A DNA stretch of 64,000 bases from Rhodosorus marinus CCMP1338 (Eukaryota; Plantae; Rhodophyta): positions 1,364,001 through 1,428,000 of the forward strand of contig JAMWBK010000005.1 of assembly GCA_029953675.1 (NCBI GenBank). Direction: 5' to 3'. A program made the position numbers and the translations under genes. Each line of letters opens with the position of its first letter. Within the stretch, counting starts at the first letter, position 1. Under the pieces are notes generated by a model, which worked only from the letters and a program-made list of their open reading frames with translations, had not been told where the DNA came from and did not search any database. This document shows positions 22,329 through 34,534 of the stretch, piece after piece.

Positions 22329-25300
22329 TCAACCCTTCAGCAGCAGCTCAAAACGATCGATTAGATCCTCGATGGTCTCCATTTCCTGTTTGTACTTGGC
22401 CTGTTCGAGCGAGTGGTTGGGTATCGGAATCAGTAATTTGTGCTGGGCCAGCTGAATCTTGAGCACAGCAGCTTACCAAGTTGGCTGTGTTCTTCTCCTG
22501 TACATTTTTCGGGACGTTCTTCTCGTAGTCCGGTACGGACATCTTCTTCTGATACCCCTCCACAAGGATTTTCTTCTCTCTGGCGTTGCCTCTAAGCTTC
22601 GTCAGCTCAGCCTCGACGTCCACGAGGCCAGCAAGAGCCATATGCACCTCCGTGTTCTCGTTCACCACAGCAACGCCACAACCGCTTGGGACGTTTCCGG
22701 AACCGAGTTTCAAAATTTCAACCTTGCTGCTCCTAGACAATGTTGCGATCTTAATCGATGTTTTTTGCCCATCCTCAAAGGATTGATCATCCCTGCACAA
22801 TACATAGATCTCCGGTCGCGCCGAAGGCGTCAAGTTGTACGCTGCTCTCAAGCTCCGAATGGATTTGGTGATTTCCATTGCGGAATCCACTTGTCTATGT
22901 GCCCCTGGAAAAGCCTGCCGCGTAAAACGAATGGAGACACAATGTCAGGCCGGCGAAGAAAGCAAAATCTATTGCGAAGTTCTGAAACGGAAGCAAAGCA
23001 AATATCACTTGAGGCTTTTCGTCTCATCACCATGCTCTCCGAGTACTGCGGAAATGCGCTTAATGAAATCGAGATGGCATCGTCGTGCTTTTCCCGGTTC
23101 GGAAGCCTCTGGAACAACTCCTCCGTCAAAAAGGGCATGATCGGGTGAAGCAACCGCAAGCCAGAGTGCAAGCAATGGTACAGAACATGAAGTGCGTAGT
23201 TTTTCGCGTCTGGGTCTTCACCGTTCACAACTGGTTTGATGACTTCCAGATAGACATCACATAGTTCATAGAGCCAAAACTTGTAGGTCGCAGAAACAGC
23301 ATTATATAAAGCGAATCCCTTCATAGCGTTTTCGGTGTCCCGGCAGGCGATGTTCAGACAATCCAATATATACAGATCCATGGGGTCACTGTGTTCCACA
23401 GCTTTTTGCAAATTCTCCGGTTTGAATACAAAATCTTCTCCAAGATTGGAAAGCGCAAAGCGGCTAGCATTCCACAGTTTGTTGCAAAAGTTTCTGTACC
23501 CCACGACGCGTTGAACGTCCAAATTGATATCCCTAGCCTGCTGGGTGTACGCTAGCAGTCCACATCGAAGAGCGTCCGCTCCACATTCTGGAATTCCATC
23601 CGGGTAGTCTAGTTTCATACCGCTGTTGGCTTTCTCCAACTCCCTGGGATCCAAATTCGACTTTTGCAGCTTCTGTAGGAGCTGATCCAAGTTCGTACCA
23701 CCGATTACCTCTAGAGGGTCTATCACGTTTCCTAGAGACTTTGTCATTTTCCGACCATGCTTGTCCCTGACCATGGCATGCAGATAGACCGTCTTGAAGG
23801 GAAGCTTGTCAGTTAACGCGAGACTCATCATGACCATCCTCGCTACCCAAAAGAACAAGATGTCATGGCCCGTCTCCAACAAAGTCGTTGGGAAAAAGCC
23901 TTGAAGATCCTTCGTTTCCTCAGGCCAACCGAAAACAGAAAAAGGAAATAGTCCAGAGGAGAACCAAGTGTCCAACACGTCCTCATCCTGTTCCAAAGTG
24001 AGTTCTGCACCGTCAACTCCAAGCTTTTCCGCAGCTCGATTTCTTGCGTCATCTTCGTCACGCCCCACAATCCATTCGCTGGAGCCGTTTTTGGCAGCCG
24101 CAAGGTATGCTGGAATCCTGTGTCCCCACCAGAGCTGCCGGGATACACACCAGTCGCGGATATTATCCAACCAGTTGAACCAAGTCCCCTCAAATATGTT
24201 CGGTACCAGCTTCAATTCTCCGCTGCGCACAGCCTCTGTGGATCTGCGCGCAATTTCCTTACAATCAACCCACCATTGCGGTTTTAACAAAGGCTCAATG
24301 ATATCTGCTGTTCGAGAGCACAACCCCAGACGCATAGGATTGTCTGTCTTGCCGCGGAGGAGAGCCTTCGCCTCCAGCGCCTTCTCCACTTCAACACGAG
24401 CCTGGTATCGCTTCATTCCGGCAAATTGTCCACAGCTGTTGTTCATCAAGCCCTCGTCGGTGAGTATAGAGACTTCCTCAAGGTTGTGCCTCCTTCCGCA
24501 CGCAAAATCGTTGGGGTCGTGAGCTGGGGTGACCTTGACTGCTCCAGTTCCGAACTCCATGTCCACAAGCTCATCATCAGCGATGATCTTCAACTTCCTA
24601 TCAACAAACGGGTGAACGAGCTCGGACCCAATCAGGTGCTTGTATCGGCTATCGTTCGGGTGCACTGCTACAGCCACATCTCCCAACATAGTCTCCAATC
24701 TCGTTGTAGCAATGACCAGCTCTTCATCACTCCGCTCAACTTTATAGGCGAAGTGAGTAAGAACCCCAAACTCGATTTCATCGTCGTGATTTGGCACCTG
24801 GACACGGGCGCAAAAAGGACGTAAGCGAGCTACCCGTCGTGGGAAACACAGACGCGTGCAAGCTCTTCTATAATCGAAAAGTTGTATATTCCCTACGTAC
24901 CTTCATCATCGTTCTCCCTGTAATATCAACGTAGTCTACCTCAATATCAGAAAGAGCTGTTCGCAGCTTGCAGCACCAGTTCACCAGTCTCGTGTCGCGG
25001 TATATCAAGCCTTTGTCGTACAATCGAACGAACGCTTCGTTCACAGCAATTGACAACTTCTTAGAGAACGTAAACTCCTCCCTCGTCCAGTCCACCGAAA
25101 GCCCCATTTTCCGAAGCTGCATTGTAATCTGGGCACCGTACTCATCCTTCCACTTCCAGACCTCGTTAACGAATGCTTCTCTGCCCAGATCATGTCTCGT
25201 CAGGTTCTTTTCCCTAGCAAGCTTCTTTTCCACCACTACCTGCGTGGCGATTCCGGCGTGATCAACTCCAGGCAAGTACAACGTAACACGACCATGCATT

Positions 25301-25815
25301 CTGTGCCAGCGGGTAATCGTGTCCTCGATAGTGGCCATCAGGGCGTGCCCCAAATGCAAAGATCCGGTAACGTTTGGAGGCGGAATGACCATAACAAACT
25401 TCTGATCGTCGTTTCTCTTCAGTGCCTCCTCCACATCTGCTGTGAAGAACTGCTGGGCCTCCCACCACTCCCCCCACGCACTTTCCACATACTTGGGATG
25501 ATACGCAGGCAGCATTTTCTTCATAATCTTCTTTTCGCCCTTGGGCGTGCTGTCCATCAGGTCCTCCGCAGAGACCTGCTGCGCCTTCTTCTTCTGCTTA
25601 TTCGCAGCGGCTTTACCCTCGCCCTTGGGAGCCACATCGCCTCTCTGAGCCTCCCCAGCATTGCCTTTCGCCGCCTTCTTCTTCGCGACCTCTACCATCT
25701 TCGCCAACTTCTTCTGACGAGCTTTCGGCAGCTTCCCCTTCTCCTCATCGCTCATCTGCATGAACTGCTCCACTGTCACCGGCGCGACATCCGCAGAACT
25801 GTTCTGATCCGCCAT
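22329..25815 (-). CDS. VARS: Valyl-tRNA synthetase, cytosolic type (4 exons)
   Basis: [15 protein letters not shown] (HIGH motif), [44 protein letters not shown] and a C-terminal coiled coil. GT-AG introns restore the frame. Confidence 0.97.
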
Positions 25816-26596
25816 ATTTTCTACTTCTTATACAGCTCTAATCATAAACAAACCAATACAAAAAAATATTACCAAACTGAAAGCGCTTCCAGTAGCCGAC
25901 ACCATCCATCCACCTCCTCCCCCTCGCCAACAACCCAAACAGCCGTCCCTTTCCATCAGCTCAGCACTCCACATCCCTTTCCAAAAAACCCTGTTCCTAA
26001 ATATATGCACATATATTTCACGTCCCATCAGGACGTCATATATACTTAAAATTCTTAATCTAAACAATTTATATTTCGCATAAAATTGCTTTTTCGAGTA
26101 AGTTATTCTTCTTGTTGTGGATGTAAATACAGTAAATAGTTATTTTATTCTCCGATAATTCGAGTTGTTTAGAAAACGTTGCTAATAATATGGTACGAAA
26201 ACATCGGTGTCAAATGTGATTGTTTTATTAAAATTTCCCCGCTCAATCACCCCCCTTTAAACATGAGGTGGAATATCGAACACGAATACGAACAAGGGGT
26301 AAAAAATACACACATGTCTTTGCTTATATATTTATTATACGAAATAATTTTCGATTAGTATGGAAAGGAGACACGAATTTACCCCTAGTTCAAACTGGAC
26401 TATTCTTCTCCTCGTGATAAGATTTGTCACCCCTATGCATTGATTTCATATGTGTAATTTTCGACGACGGGATTTTTTAATTTTTAAAAGATTTATGGCT
26501 TTGATGGATTTGGATCGGTTGGAGTTGATTAGGGCTTCTAGATGTTCCAGCGATCTCTGGTTCTGTTGCGGGGAAGTTGGTGGAGATGGAGGGGCG

Positions 26597-26995
26597 ATCG
26601 TCTTATTGTCTGCTACCAAAGTTCGATGTTAGTATGCTATATAAGCGAATCTGGATTAGTTTTAGATATTCTACTCGAACTGAACCAGTTGGTTTTTAAG
26701 GGTTTTGTAAGCCAGAGTTGTTGCTGTTCTAGACCAACCAGTGGTACCTTTGCTGACAGCCCAAACCAGTTTTGTTTCCTAGATCGATGGTGCCGTTATC
26801 GTCTTATCGTCTTGTACCAACGTTCGATGTTAGTATGCTATTTAAGCGAATCTGGATTAGTTGTAGATATTCTCCTCGAACTGAACCAGTTGGTTGTTAA
26901 GGGTTTTGTAAGCCAGAGTAGTCGCTGTTCTAGACCAACCAGTGGTCCCTTTGCTGACAAACCAAACCAGTTTTGTTTCCTAGAGCGATGGTGAA
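26597..26995. repeat. Tandem duplication, 2 x 201 bp, about 90% identical (estimate)
   Basis: atcgtctta starts at 26597 and 26798; gttagta at 26628 and 26829; the units align along their whole length. Confidence 0.92.
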
Positions 26996-27679
26996 GGTTA
27001 GCGCGCATGAAAGTCCAGCAATTGGACAAATCGATACCTGAACGCGAAGTTGTCCTAGTCCAGAAACATCCAGCGGCACAGCTTCCTACTAGACGTTCGG
27101 GGATTGACGGACCGTCCGCACGTGAGCTTCGAGATATCGCATCCTAGTGTCCAATAATGTCGCTGTTTGAATCCATGAGGAAGTGAATAGCCAGTGGTAG
27201 TCTGAGCTTCCTCATACGGAAGCAGATGCTTAGTACAAGATAACATATCGAGGCACAGGGGGTTCAAATCAGACGAAAACATTGTGGTGCGGCAGCTGCA
27301 ACTTAACCTTTGCACATCGTTCACCGCCAGGTTCTCTGTGAATGCGTTGTTAACCACTAGAAGTCTGGCCGTCACTGCTAGCAGACCACACTCCAGCGAG
27401 CATGGTAGTTACTTGTCTTCCTCGTCAAGCCTTTAAGCGGAACCTCTGGAGTCCTATCGCTGACACTGGGGTCGGCGTGTGATTAGGGTTGTGTCGTTCT
27501 AGATAGCTTATCGTTCGGTGCCGAAAGTTTCAGATATAATCTACATGGAGCATTTACCAGAGATCTATAGAGCCACCCCGAAACCTTTCATCTGTTCCGG
27601 TAACGAAGGAATAGCTCAATATTTTTCGTTTCACAACTTCCCTTGAACGTTGTTAATGGCAGACAAAACTGAAGAGGCA

Positions 27680-27912
27680 GAGTGTGCCGGAGATACGATC
27701 ACTGAGAGTGGGATCGCCATTGTGTGATTTGGGAAGACCAGTCGACTTGTACGCTTCAGAGAGGCGAATGCTTCTGTTTGATGCTGGAAGACGACAGCCC
27801 TGGAGAAGTGGATCGTGCTGGAGATACGATCACTTGAGAGGGATCGCCTTTGAGTGATTTGGAAAGGCAGTCGACTTGCACGCTTCGGAGAGGTGACTGC
27901 TTCCGTTTGTTT
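27680..27912. repeat. Tandem duplication, period 131 bp, upstream of ispF
   Basis: ggagatacgatcact...gggatcgcc...gtgattt...agtcgacttg.acgcttc.gagagg starts at 27689 and 27820. Confidence 0.8.
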
Positions 27913-27994
27913 CTCTTTTAGCTAAGGATTCCTTTTCGGGTCTGATTTGATACGGTTTAGAACTGACGGAAGTGCCGCGGTAGAGCCGTCAGCG

Positions 27995-29216
27995 ATGGCC
28001 TTTGTCGGAGGCCTTGGTGTTGCGGATCTCAGAGTTCGGAGGACAGCGCCGTTTGTGAGGCAGAGGAGGCGCCCTGCTGTGCTGAGAATGGCAGCCGTGG
28101 GACCACGAGTCGGTCATGGATTCGATCTTCATCGACTGGAGCCTGACAACAAGCTAATTTTGGCCGGTGTAGTTCTGGACCACACAGTTGGGTGTGTGGG
28201 ACATTCGGATGGAGACGCGGTTTACCACTGTGTTGTCGACTCTGTCCTCGGAGCTCTTAGTATGCCGGATATTGGCCAGCTGTTTCCTGACAAAGATCCG
28301 CAGTGGAAGGGAGCTCCATCCGACGTGTTCATGAGGGCCACGAAGGACTTGATGGAAGAAAAGGGTTACGAAATTGGAAATCTTGATGTCACAGTCATCC
28401 TTGAGAAGCCAAAGCTGTCCCCCCACAAGGACAAAATGAGGGCGAACATTGCGGAATTGCTCGACTGCGACCTAGACAACGTTAACTTGAAAGCCAAAAC
28501 TCACGAAAAGGTTGACGCGCTTGGTGAAAACCGAGCCGTGGCGTGCCACACAGTAGTGATGCTCGTTCCCAGACCACTCGCACACGAAGCTCAGTCCACG
28601 GTAGCTCAAGCAACAGCAGGTATCTCTAAAACAATCTAAACTAGACAACGTCAGGGTGCTGAGCAACCAAAACATCCCATCCAACAATCTCTCGTTTTCA
28701 CAGTGATGGTCGACGACCCAAAGTCGCTAGCACAAGACTGGATGCAAATGGCATCGAAGAGGGTGATGGTGAATCTCGAAGCCGGAACTGCGGCTGTCAG
28801 GGAAGCAGAAGCCGCGATCCAAGATGACCATGTGCTTCAGACTCTGTACGAGACTATAAAATCTCGGAAGGGTGCCGATCCTTCCAGTTCATGGACGGCA
28901 AAACTGTTTTCCAAAGGAAGATCCAAAATCTCTCAAAAGGTAGGCATGTCAGTAGAGCCACCCTCCTATTCCTGTAGGAACGAACTGAGCCATTGGCCTA
29001 CGGCACACTCTCCAGGTTGGTGAGGAAGGGACTGAGGTGGTCATAGCCGGAATCAGAGACGACAAGTCTGAGTTAATAAAGGAGAGCGCAGACCTGCTCT
29101 ACCATCTCGAAGTACTCTGGGCAGATGCTGGTGTTGAGCCAGACGAGGTTTGGGATGAATTGAGATCTAGAGAAAACACCTCAGGAATAGCTGAAAAGCA
29201 GTCTAGATCTTCATAA
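27995..29216 (+). CDS. ispF: Plastid 2-C-methyl-D-erythritol 2,4-cyclodiphosphate synthase (IspF), predicted to be spliced in frame to a C-terminal HisE domain (exons 27995-28619, 28704-28939, 29016-29216); the unspliced form ends at 28639
   Basis: MAFV transit peptide and IspF motifs RVGHGFDLHRL, HSDGDAVYHC, DIGQLFPD, NLKAKTHEKVDALGE. Phase-1 donor AG|GTATC at 28620 and acceptor ttttcacag| at 28703 join the IspF and HisE frames. Confidence refers to the IspF identity; the fusion itself is about 0.7. Confidence 0.9.
28704..29216 (+). CDS. hisE: Phosphoribosyl-ATP pyrophosphohydrolase (HisE) domain
   Basis: VLQTLYETIKSRK...SSWTAKLFSKGRSKISQK|VGEEGTEVVIA...ESADLLYHLEVLW...VWDELRSR. Intron at 28940-29015. 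No HisI domain and no transit peptide of its own. Confidence 0.9.
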
Positions 29217-29526
29217 GCAACAAAAGCATCATCCTGCGGGATGCTGTCTCATCTAAAGAATAGAGTTTGAGAATATCGATGAGCTTCATTCGTTTAGAAA
29301 ATCAATGGACGACCCCCGTTCCGAAATGCTTTGAGCTTGATCCTTTTGGAGTTCGATGCGTCTCCGCACACGCTGCACAGATGTATTGCCGAAGCTGGGC
29401 AGCTAAACGAGCACGTATTCCGCACAGCGCTGAACTGTGTCATCTCCAAGTCTTAGTTCACGTTCGCGTGAAGTCAACCGGCTTCCGATTTCTCCGCGGT
29501 TGAATCCCAACTGAGGCCAAACTTGT

Positions 29527-29973
29527 TTATTTGCCCTCCTCGTCCACAACAGTTTGAGGATACACGACAAGGAAGAGATACCACCATCCTATCACGCCCA
29601 CGGTGATGAAGAAGGCTATTGCCTGAAACCATCCATGTAGGGTTGTCCAAGAGACAGAAACAACAGCTCCACCAGTGCCCAGGATCGTCCAAGGCTGGCA
29701 CCACCAAGGCTTGCTTTCGGAATAGACTCTTCGGAACGGGGAAGGACAAAATACATAGATTGAGGAATCGAAATCTGCAAGACCAAAAAAACAACAAAAG
29801 GACACCTTCCACATCTGGTCTGGAACCTACCGTTGCGTCGTTCGGGCCATTGAAACCAAGTCATCCCCCGCAGCCTTCATCGTGACGCTCAGGTTCGTTC
29901 GAGGACATTGTACAACCCCCGACCGTCTACGATGATTGAATCCGTACGTTGTAACAAATCCGAGCATAGACAT
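29527..29973 (-). CDS. Small plastid membrane protein with KPWWCQPW motif (cyanobacterial/plant DUF6737-like)
   Basis: Spliced product MSMLGFVTTYGFNHRRRSGVVQC...TTQR|VYSESKPWWCQPWTILGTG...GWWYLFLVVYP...*. GFV transit peptide plus two hydrophobic segments. The family name is from memory. Confidence 0.7.
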
Positions 29974-30252
29974 TGTGTTCGTATTCTATCTACCTGATCC
30001 GATAGAAATCTCATCGAAGCCTCCTCCTTCAGTTGGAACTCCGAATGCTTAGTGCAAACATCGATATCTACTTCAAGCCCAGGCATTGCTCAGCTATCTA
30101 AACTTTGGAGGTCCTTTTGAAAGTTCTCTGTTTCTTGCGTCATCGCGTTTTTGTTTTAGTGTCTTCTCCTCTTCAAGAAGCTAGCTTTGCATAGGTTTGA
30201 AACCTCTATAACGAACATTTTAACACAAAAAAGAAAGAATTGGGCTGTTTCT

Positions 30253-30786
<534 letters not shown>

Positions 30787-32109
30787 CCCTCTTACTTCAA
30801 AAATTCACCACTTCAGGTCGCTGCTCACACCAACAGAACTGCAGAAGCTTGTGCGCAAACCTAATTCGGCGACGACAGTCTCTTAACCTTCTTCGCCTGT
30901 CGGTCAACTCTCATCTCCCTCCAAGGTCCAACTGTTGTGTACATGGAAGTTTAGCCCTTTTTGTTCCCCTAAAAAAAATCCAGAAACGCTCGAAGGCAGG
31001 GCCAACTTCCAGGCGTAGGCTCGCGACCACGAGCGCTGGCATTGTTCTGTTGCACTATATGTGCTTCAAGAAAGCTACGAAGAGCTTCTGTTGAATACTC
31101 TTGGAGCTCAAAAAGCCGACCAGGTTCGTCTTAAGAGCGGTGTGTTACAGCAGCTCGAAACCGAGGTTGCTAGCGTATATCTGTGTAAGCGTCCTCTGGC
31201 AAATCCTTTCAGGGGCGTGTGAATTGATCTGCCTTCGTTTGCATGCACCAAAAATCGGTATTACTAAGCTACAGTAGTCCTTGAGATCTCTACTCGATAC
31301 CGCAACCGGCCCAGCGGCTTCACACTTACTACAGTTGTAATCGTTTATGTCATGTTATAATGATTGACTTCATAATGATTGAATATTGACTACATGTTGA
31401 GAGAGACCATCGCGTGTTTTGGATAGAAAAGCACACCACTCTCCAGACATAGCACAAGAGATTTTAGCGGGACAATTCCACACGTACCCGCAAGCCTCCC
31501 TTTCGGCGCTTCCCCATTCCGTGGTGTACCGAGGTCTTTTGCTTGCTGCAGACCTCTGTCGATTCATCCGAAAAATTCGTTGATGACCACTTCCGTCGCT
31601 ACGAGAGCCGTCTTTTTCAGTCAGAGACGCATCGGTTTGATTCCTGACGTAGCATCTACTTGGTCTTGTGACTAAGTCTACGGACGCGCTTAAGGCATGA
31701 AGAATATGACGGACGCCTTAAGCCGCAACGCATTGCAGGTTCTACGCAGCATCCCACCCGACAACTGGAGAGAAACCTGCCAAACGGATCACAGGTTTTA
31801 GGCGTACCTCCAGTCTGTAGGTGTGGTGGTGGGTACACCCGAATGTTTCCGGGGTTAAGGCACCCGCCGCATTGGTCTCTGTTTCAAGCTTTATGACGAG
31901 AATTTCGATTCATAGACGAGACTGTGAGCTTCACAGTCTCGTCGATGAATTCGGCCATCAAATGATTGGAGTGGGGCCCCGAGGTTTTGAGAGGTCGCGA
32001 TTGTGTAGGTCTCTATATGCAAGAACGCTATTTCAGCGTACACTAGGCTCTGATGACCTCCCCCTAACATTCACTGTGAGAATCATGGGACACTAATCTT
32101 GCGTAGAAT

Positions 32110-33364
32110 TTACTTCATGAAGAGTTCCGTGCAGATAGCCTTGGTGTCGTCCGGACTTTCAACTGAGTGGCCCTCCTAAGCATATTGTGGTGCAAGCGGC
32201 GAGCTACTGTCACACTCGGGTTCACTGCACGCGAACGAGAATTGCTGTTCGTGTAGTACTCACCGTTCTGTCGCTAGCGTATATCTCGTAGTCGTTGCCA
32301 CCTTCCTTTGTCTTGTCTCCGAAGAAATGAACTGTCTTGTACTCCTCAACGAACCGTAGGCAATACGTTTTATCCCATCCCAACGGGAAGACGTCGAAGC
32401 TGATCTGCCCGCCAATGGAGAATTGCAGGTTCCAGCTCCCAAACTCCTTCCTCAGTTCAGCGACGAACTTCTCTCGGATCTTTACCGATTCGTATGTAAG
32501 CAGTTGGCATGTTGGTGAGAAGTGTCTTGAGATTACCAAATGTGGCTGTTGTGACGACGAACCTTGTGTTCCAGGTCGTAGACTTCATAGGCGTCTCTTT
32601 CTTCTTGGCTGCAGTTTCGTCCGACAGGGGACACGTTAAGCATCCCTTTTCTGAACTCAATAAAGGTTCCCCTCTTCACTGGAATATCAATTCCCTGCGG
32701 AGAGGATTTCTACGTCAAACCTTCTGCATAACTTGAACGCTGAGGACACCTCAAGACTTACAGCGATGTATTTAAGGCAGTAGTTGATAAACTGCTTCAG
32801 CTTGTCCTCTCCCAGGTAGTTTGAAATACTTTGAACTGCAAGCATTTCGTGTCCCTTGTAAGCCTGGATAAGTGAAATTGTACACGTTCAGCTATTACAC
32901 CCGAGGTATGAAACCAACAACTTGGATGCACTTTTCATACCAGGAGCCCATTCTCAGAAAAGCTGTAGTCGAAAACGTCAAAGACGTCGTCTCCAAGTTG
33001 CTCCTTTTGCTTCGACAAATCGGAACCGCCAACAACACCTGCTCACCAAAAACAAAAAAAAAAGGTTCAAACTACATGATAACATCCTTCAGAGTGAATC
33101 ATCCCTGAGCGATTTCACTTGTCAAAACACGCACCGATCACAACCCTCTTCCCCAAGTCGAGGAGGAATTCCTTCATCTCAGGCGTGATTTTCTATACAA
33201 CAGAAAAACAACGAAAAGCCGCATAAGAATTGAAATACTGCTGAGAAGAGGTACTATCATCTTCACTAAAGAAAACCTTTAGGTCTACTCACCTTCCTCG
33301 GAGCAGTCAGAGTGCCGTCCACGTCGAACAGCGCGATCGTATCCGTAACCCTTTCAACCGCCAT
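32110..33364 (-). CDS. PMM: Eukaryotic phosphomannomutase (HAD family), multi-exon
   Basis: [64 protein letters not shown]. Confidence 0.95.
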
Positions 33365-33555
33365 CGTCAATAGAAAAGCAGAACTCTCACGCCAAACAAC
33401 CCCCGAAAAAACACGCTACCTCCAAGGATCACAGAAAATATACAGCAGATCCAAGAAAAACCAAACCAAGCACGAAATCACTGAACTCTAGAGCGCAGTT
33501 GGAAATCCACAGACTATCTAGGCACGCACCAAGGACAAAAAGCCAACCGATTCCA

Positions 33556-33573
33556 CCCCCCTCCCTCCCGCCC
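33556..33573 (-). promoter_or_regulatory. Canonical G-quadruplex-forming motif upstream of the PMM start codon
   Basis: The minus strand reads GGG-C-GGG-A-GGG-A-GGGGGG, about 190 nt upstream of the ATG at 33364. Function is not shown. Confidence 0.35.
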
Positions 33574-34534
33574 GCTTCAATACCGAACCCCAAAGACAAA
33601 ATACAAGAAGAAACAAAAGCCACGCGAAACCCTAACCAAAAGAGGGTTTCCATAAATTATTTAAACTTTTCCTCTATTCTCCCTATTGCAACCAATCAAT
33701 TCTCAGCAAATTCGGTGTCTATTTGAAATATCAATCAAAATATTCAAAATAATGATTGAACCGTTCGTGTGTGAGTGACCAATTCATGAATTCGTGTAGC
33801 TTTTGAGCAGTGCGTCTGCTTTTAACTGATAAAGATGTTTGTACTAACGAAACGGGCGATACTAAGATTCGGCTTCGAGACCATGTTTCCCCTGTGCGGG
33901 AAAGGCTCACAAGGCTTTCTCTCATATGTCTCATGTGTTTACAGGCAATTTGACAAGGGGCTGTAATCTGGAACTGAGCTCCACTACAACTCCGTCGAAG
34001 ACCGGTAGATACTCTAATCCCCAGCCCAACCGGCGGGCTCGGACCTGCTTGTTAGATCGGATTAGCGTGGCAGTAGCTGAGCTTTGTTCTGCTCGTGTCG
34101 TGTAGGAGAACGAGTAGAATGATTACGTTCCATCAGTTCTGTTCATTTTGAGGAGCCACAACCGATGTTAGGAGTTCCATTAGCCCCGTCCCGTGGTTTT
34201 CGGTTGTTAGTCAACACGTCGTCAGCCTGTCGCCACCAGCTTCCGTCTAAATAGTAGAGCCAAAGATTAACGGAAGAAAAGCTAGTGGTGCGGTGTACAG
34301 ACATGGCAGTCCACATCCAACCAGCTCAGTAGCTTGTAGACCTCCAACTTGTCTTGGTTCAAAAACTCTAGAGTGTTCCGGTCGCAATGAATATTTCTGG
34401 AGCTGACATCGAGCTAACGGCCTCACGGCATACCAAGGCCTCTGCGCTTAGCCACGACTCTACTGACGAGCGTATCCTGCAGAGCGCCCTTTGCTAAATC
34501 AATACCAAGACGACCACTCGCCAAAATAAATATC

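Noticed and set aside
25828-26067. Alternative first exon giving an organelle-targeted ValRS isoform
   Set aside because: The available donor/acceptor pairs either hit a stop or are out of frame with the ATG at 25815; more likely a 5'UTR intron.
30900-32100. Coding-like pieces between UFM1 and PMM (a plus-strand exon-like frame near 31020-31185; a minus-strand frame 31370-31567 with a partial C2H2-like pattern)
   Set aside because: No consistent start, splice chain or complete domain could be built.
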